Translations under genes and position numbers: made by a program | The notes under the pieces: generated by a model | The model's input: only the letters and a program-made list of their open reading frames with translations | Database searches by the model: none | Told to the model about the DNA's origin: nothing | Shown: positions 31,500-32,000 of the stretch, piece after piece | Position numbering within the stretch: the stretch's first letter is position 1 | How the letters are laid out: every line of letters begins with the position of its first letter | Source: Kineococcus radiotolerans SRS30216 = ATCC BAA-149 | Lineage (GTDB): Bacteria > Actinomycetota > Actinomycetes > Actinomycetales > Kineococcaceae | NCBI RefSeq assembly: GCF_000017305.1 | Contig: NC_009664.2 | Location: 3,240,001 to 3,272,000, forward strand | Length of the DNA stretch: 32,000 nucleotides | Direction: 5' to 3'

Positions 31500-32000
31500 G
31501 GCTGCGCACCTCCATCTCCGCCGCCCGCCGCTCGTTGCCGTGCTCGCGCCCGGTCACCGACCCCAGCCAGCCCAGGAGGAAGGCCAGCGGGATCGTCACC
31601 AGGCCGGGGTTCTCCAGGGGGAACCAGGAGAAGTCGACCCCGGTGTCGGTGATCATCGACAGCGACGCGCCGGTGGCGGGATCGGTCTTGCCGGAGACCA
31701 CCGGGGAGAACGCGATCAGCACCAGGCAGGACAGCAGCCCGCCGTACATGCTCCACAGCGCCCCGCGCGTGGTGAAGCGGGACCAGAACAGCGAGTAGAG
31801 GATCGTCGGCAGGTTCGCGCTGGCCGCGACGGCGAAGGCCAGGGCCACGAGGAAGGCGACGTTCTGCCCGTTGGCGAAGATGCCGCCGACGATGGCCACG
31901 GCCCCGATGACGACGATCGTCGTCCGGGCCACCCGGACCTCGGCGGCGGGGGACACCTCGCCCTTCTTGATGACGCTGGCGTAGATGTCGTGGGCGAAGG
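31462..32000 (-). CDS. actP: solute:sodium symporter, cation/acetate symporter ActP-like, 3' part (5' end outside window)
   Basis: The frame stays open to the window edge (FAHDIYASVIKKGEVSPAAEVRVARTTIVVIG...NVAFLVALAFAVAASANLPTILYSLFWSRFTTRGALWSMYGG), which is typical of the ActP/SSF C-terminus. The stop codon is at 31462-31464. Confidence 0.8.
   Translation of the reverse strand, partial: FAHDIYASVIKKGEVSPAAEVRVARTTIVVIGAVAIVGGIFANGQNVAFLVALAFAVAASANLPTILYSLFWSRFTTRGALWSMYGGLLSCLVLIAFSPVVSGKTDPATGASLSMITDTGVDFSWFPLENPGLVTIPLAFLLGWLGSVTGREHGNERRAAEMEVRSLTGAGAEKATEH

Noticed and set aside
29448-31798. N-terminal 296 aa of the 683-aa ORF, plus the 563-aa ORF 30107..31798
   Set aside because: Both are Arg/Pro/Gly-rich junk. 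The acyltransferase-3 motifs begin only after GTG 30336. The second ORF is out of frame with it.

Overview
High-GC actinobacterial chromosomal window. All family calls come from reading motifs in the supplied translations; no database search was run.

Layout:
- 1-4104: conserved housekeeping block galU (3' end), moeA, moaC, mog, rimJ, a membrane protein and tRNA-Ala(CGC) with a very strong terminator hairpin. From memory this is the same order as M. tuberculosis Rv0993-Rv0996.
- 4152-23007: directly after the tRNA, a ~19 kb Wzx/Wzy-type heteropolysaccharide locus. It encodes a pyruvyl transferase, seven glycosyltransferases (GT4, GT2, GT-B, and a fused Alg14/Alg13-like enzyme), a WbaP-type priming phosphoglycosyl transferase, a Wzx flippase, a Wzy polymerase, a Wzz-like co-polymerase with a decayed kinase-like tail, and a hexapeptide acetyltransferase.
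- In the middle of that locus: three paralogous exported proteins of an unrecognised beta-helix-like family, two secreted and one lipoprotein.
- 23212-25823: conserved divergent pair pmt (protein O-mannosyltransferase) and rsmI.
- 25856-31499: a multiply frameshifted gene remnant, then a second glycan module of two tandem GT61/DUF563 genes, an orphan Trp/Cys/Pro-rich membrane protein and a family-3 acyltransferase.
- Right edge: 3' part of an actP-like symporter.

Most notable observations:
- The exported paralogue triad.
- A 221-bp perfectly identical tract inside two otherwise diverged paralogues, which looks like gene conversion.
- The GT61/orphan/acyltransferase module beside pmt.
- A perfect 16-bp inverted repeat carrying SD and anti-SD sequence between two cistrons.

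No CRISPR array, integrase, transposase or rRNA was seen. Many long ORFs in the track are off-frame or antisense artefacts of the high GC content.
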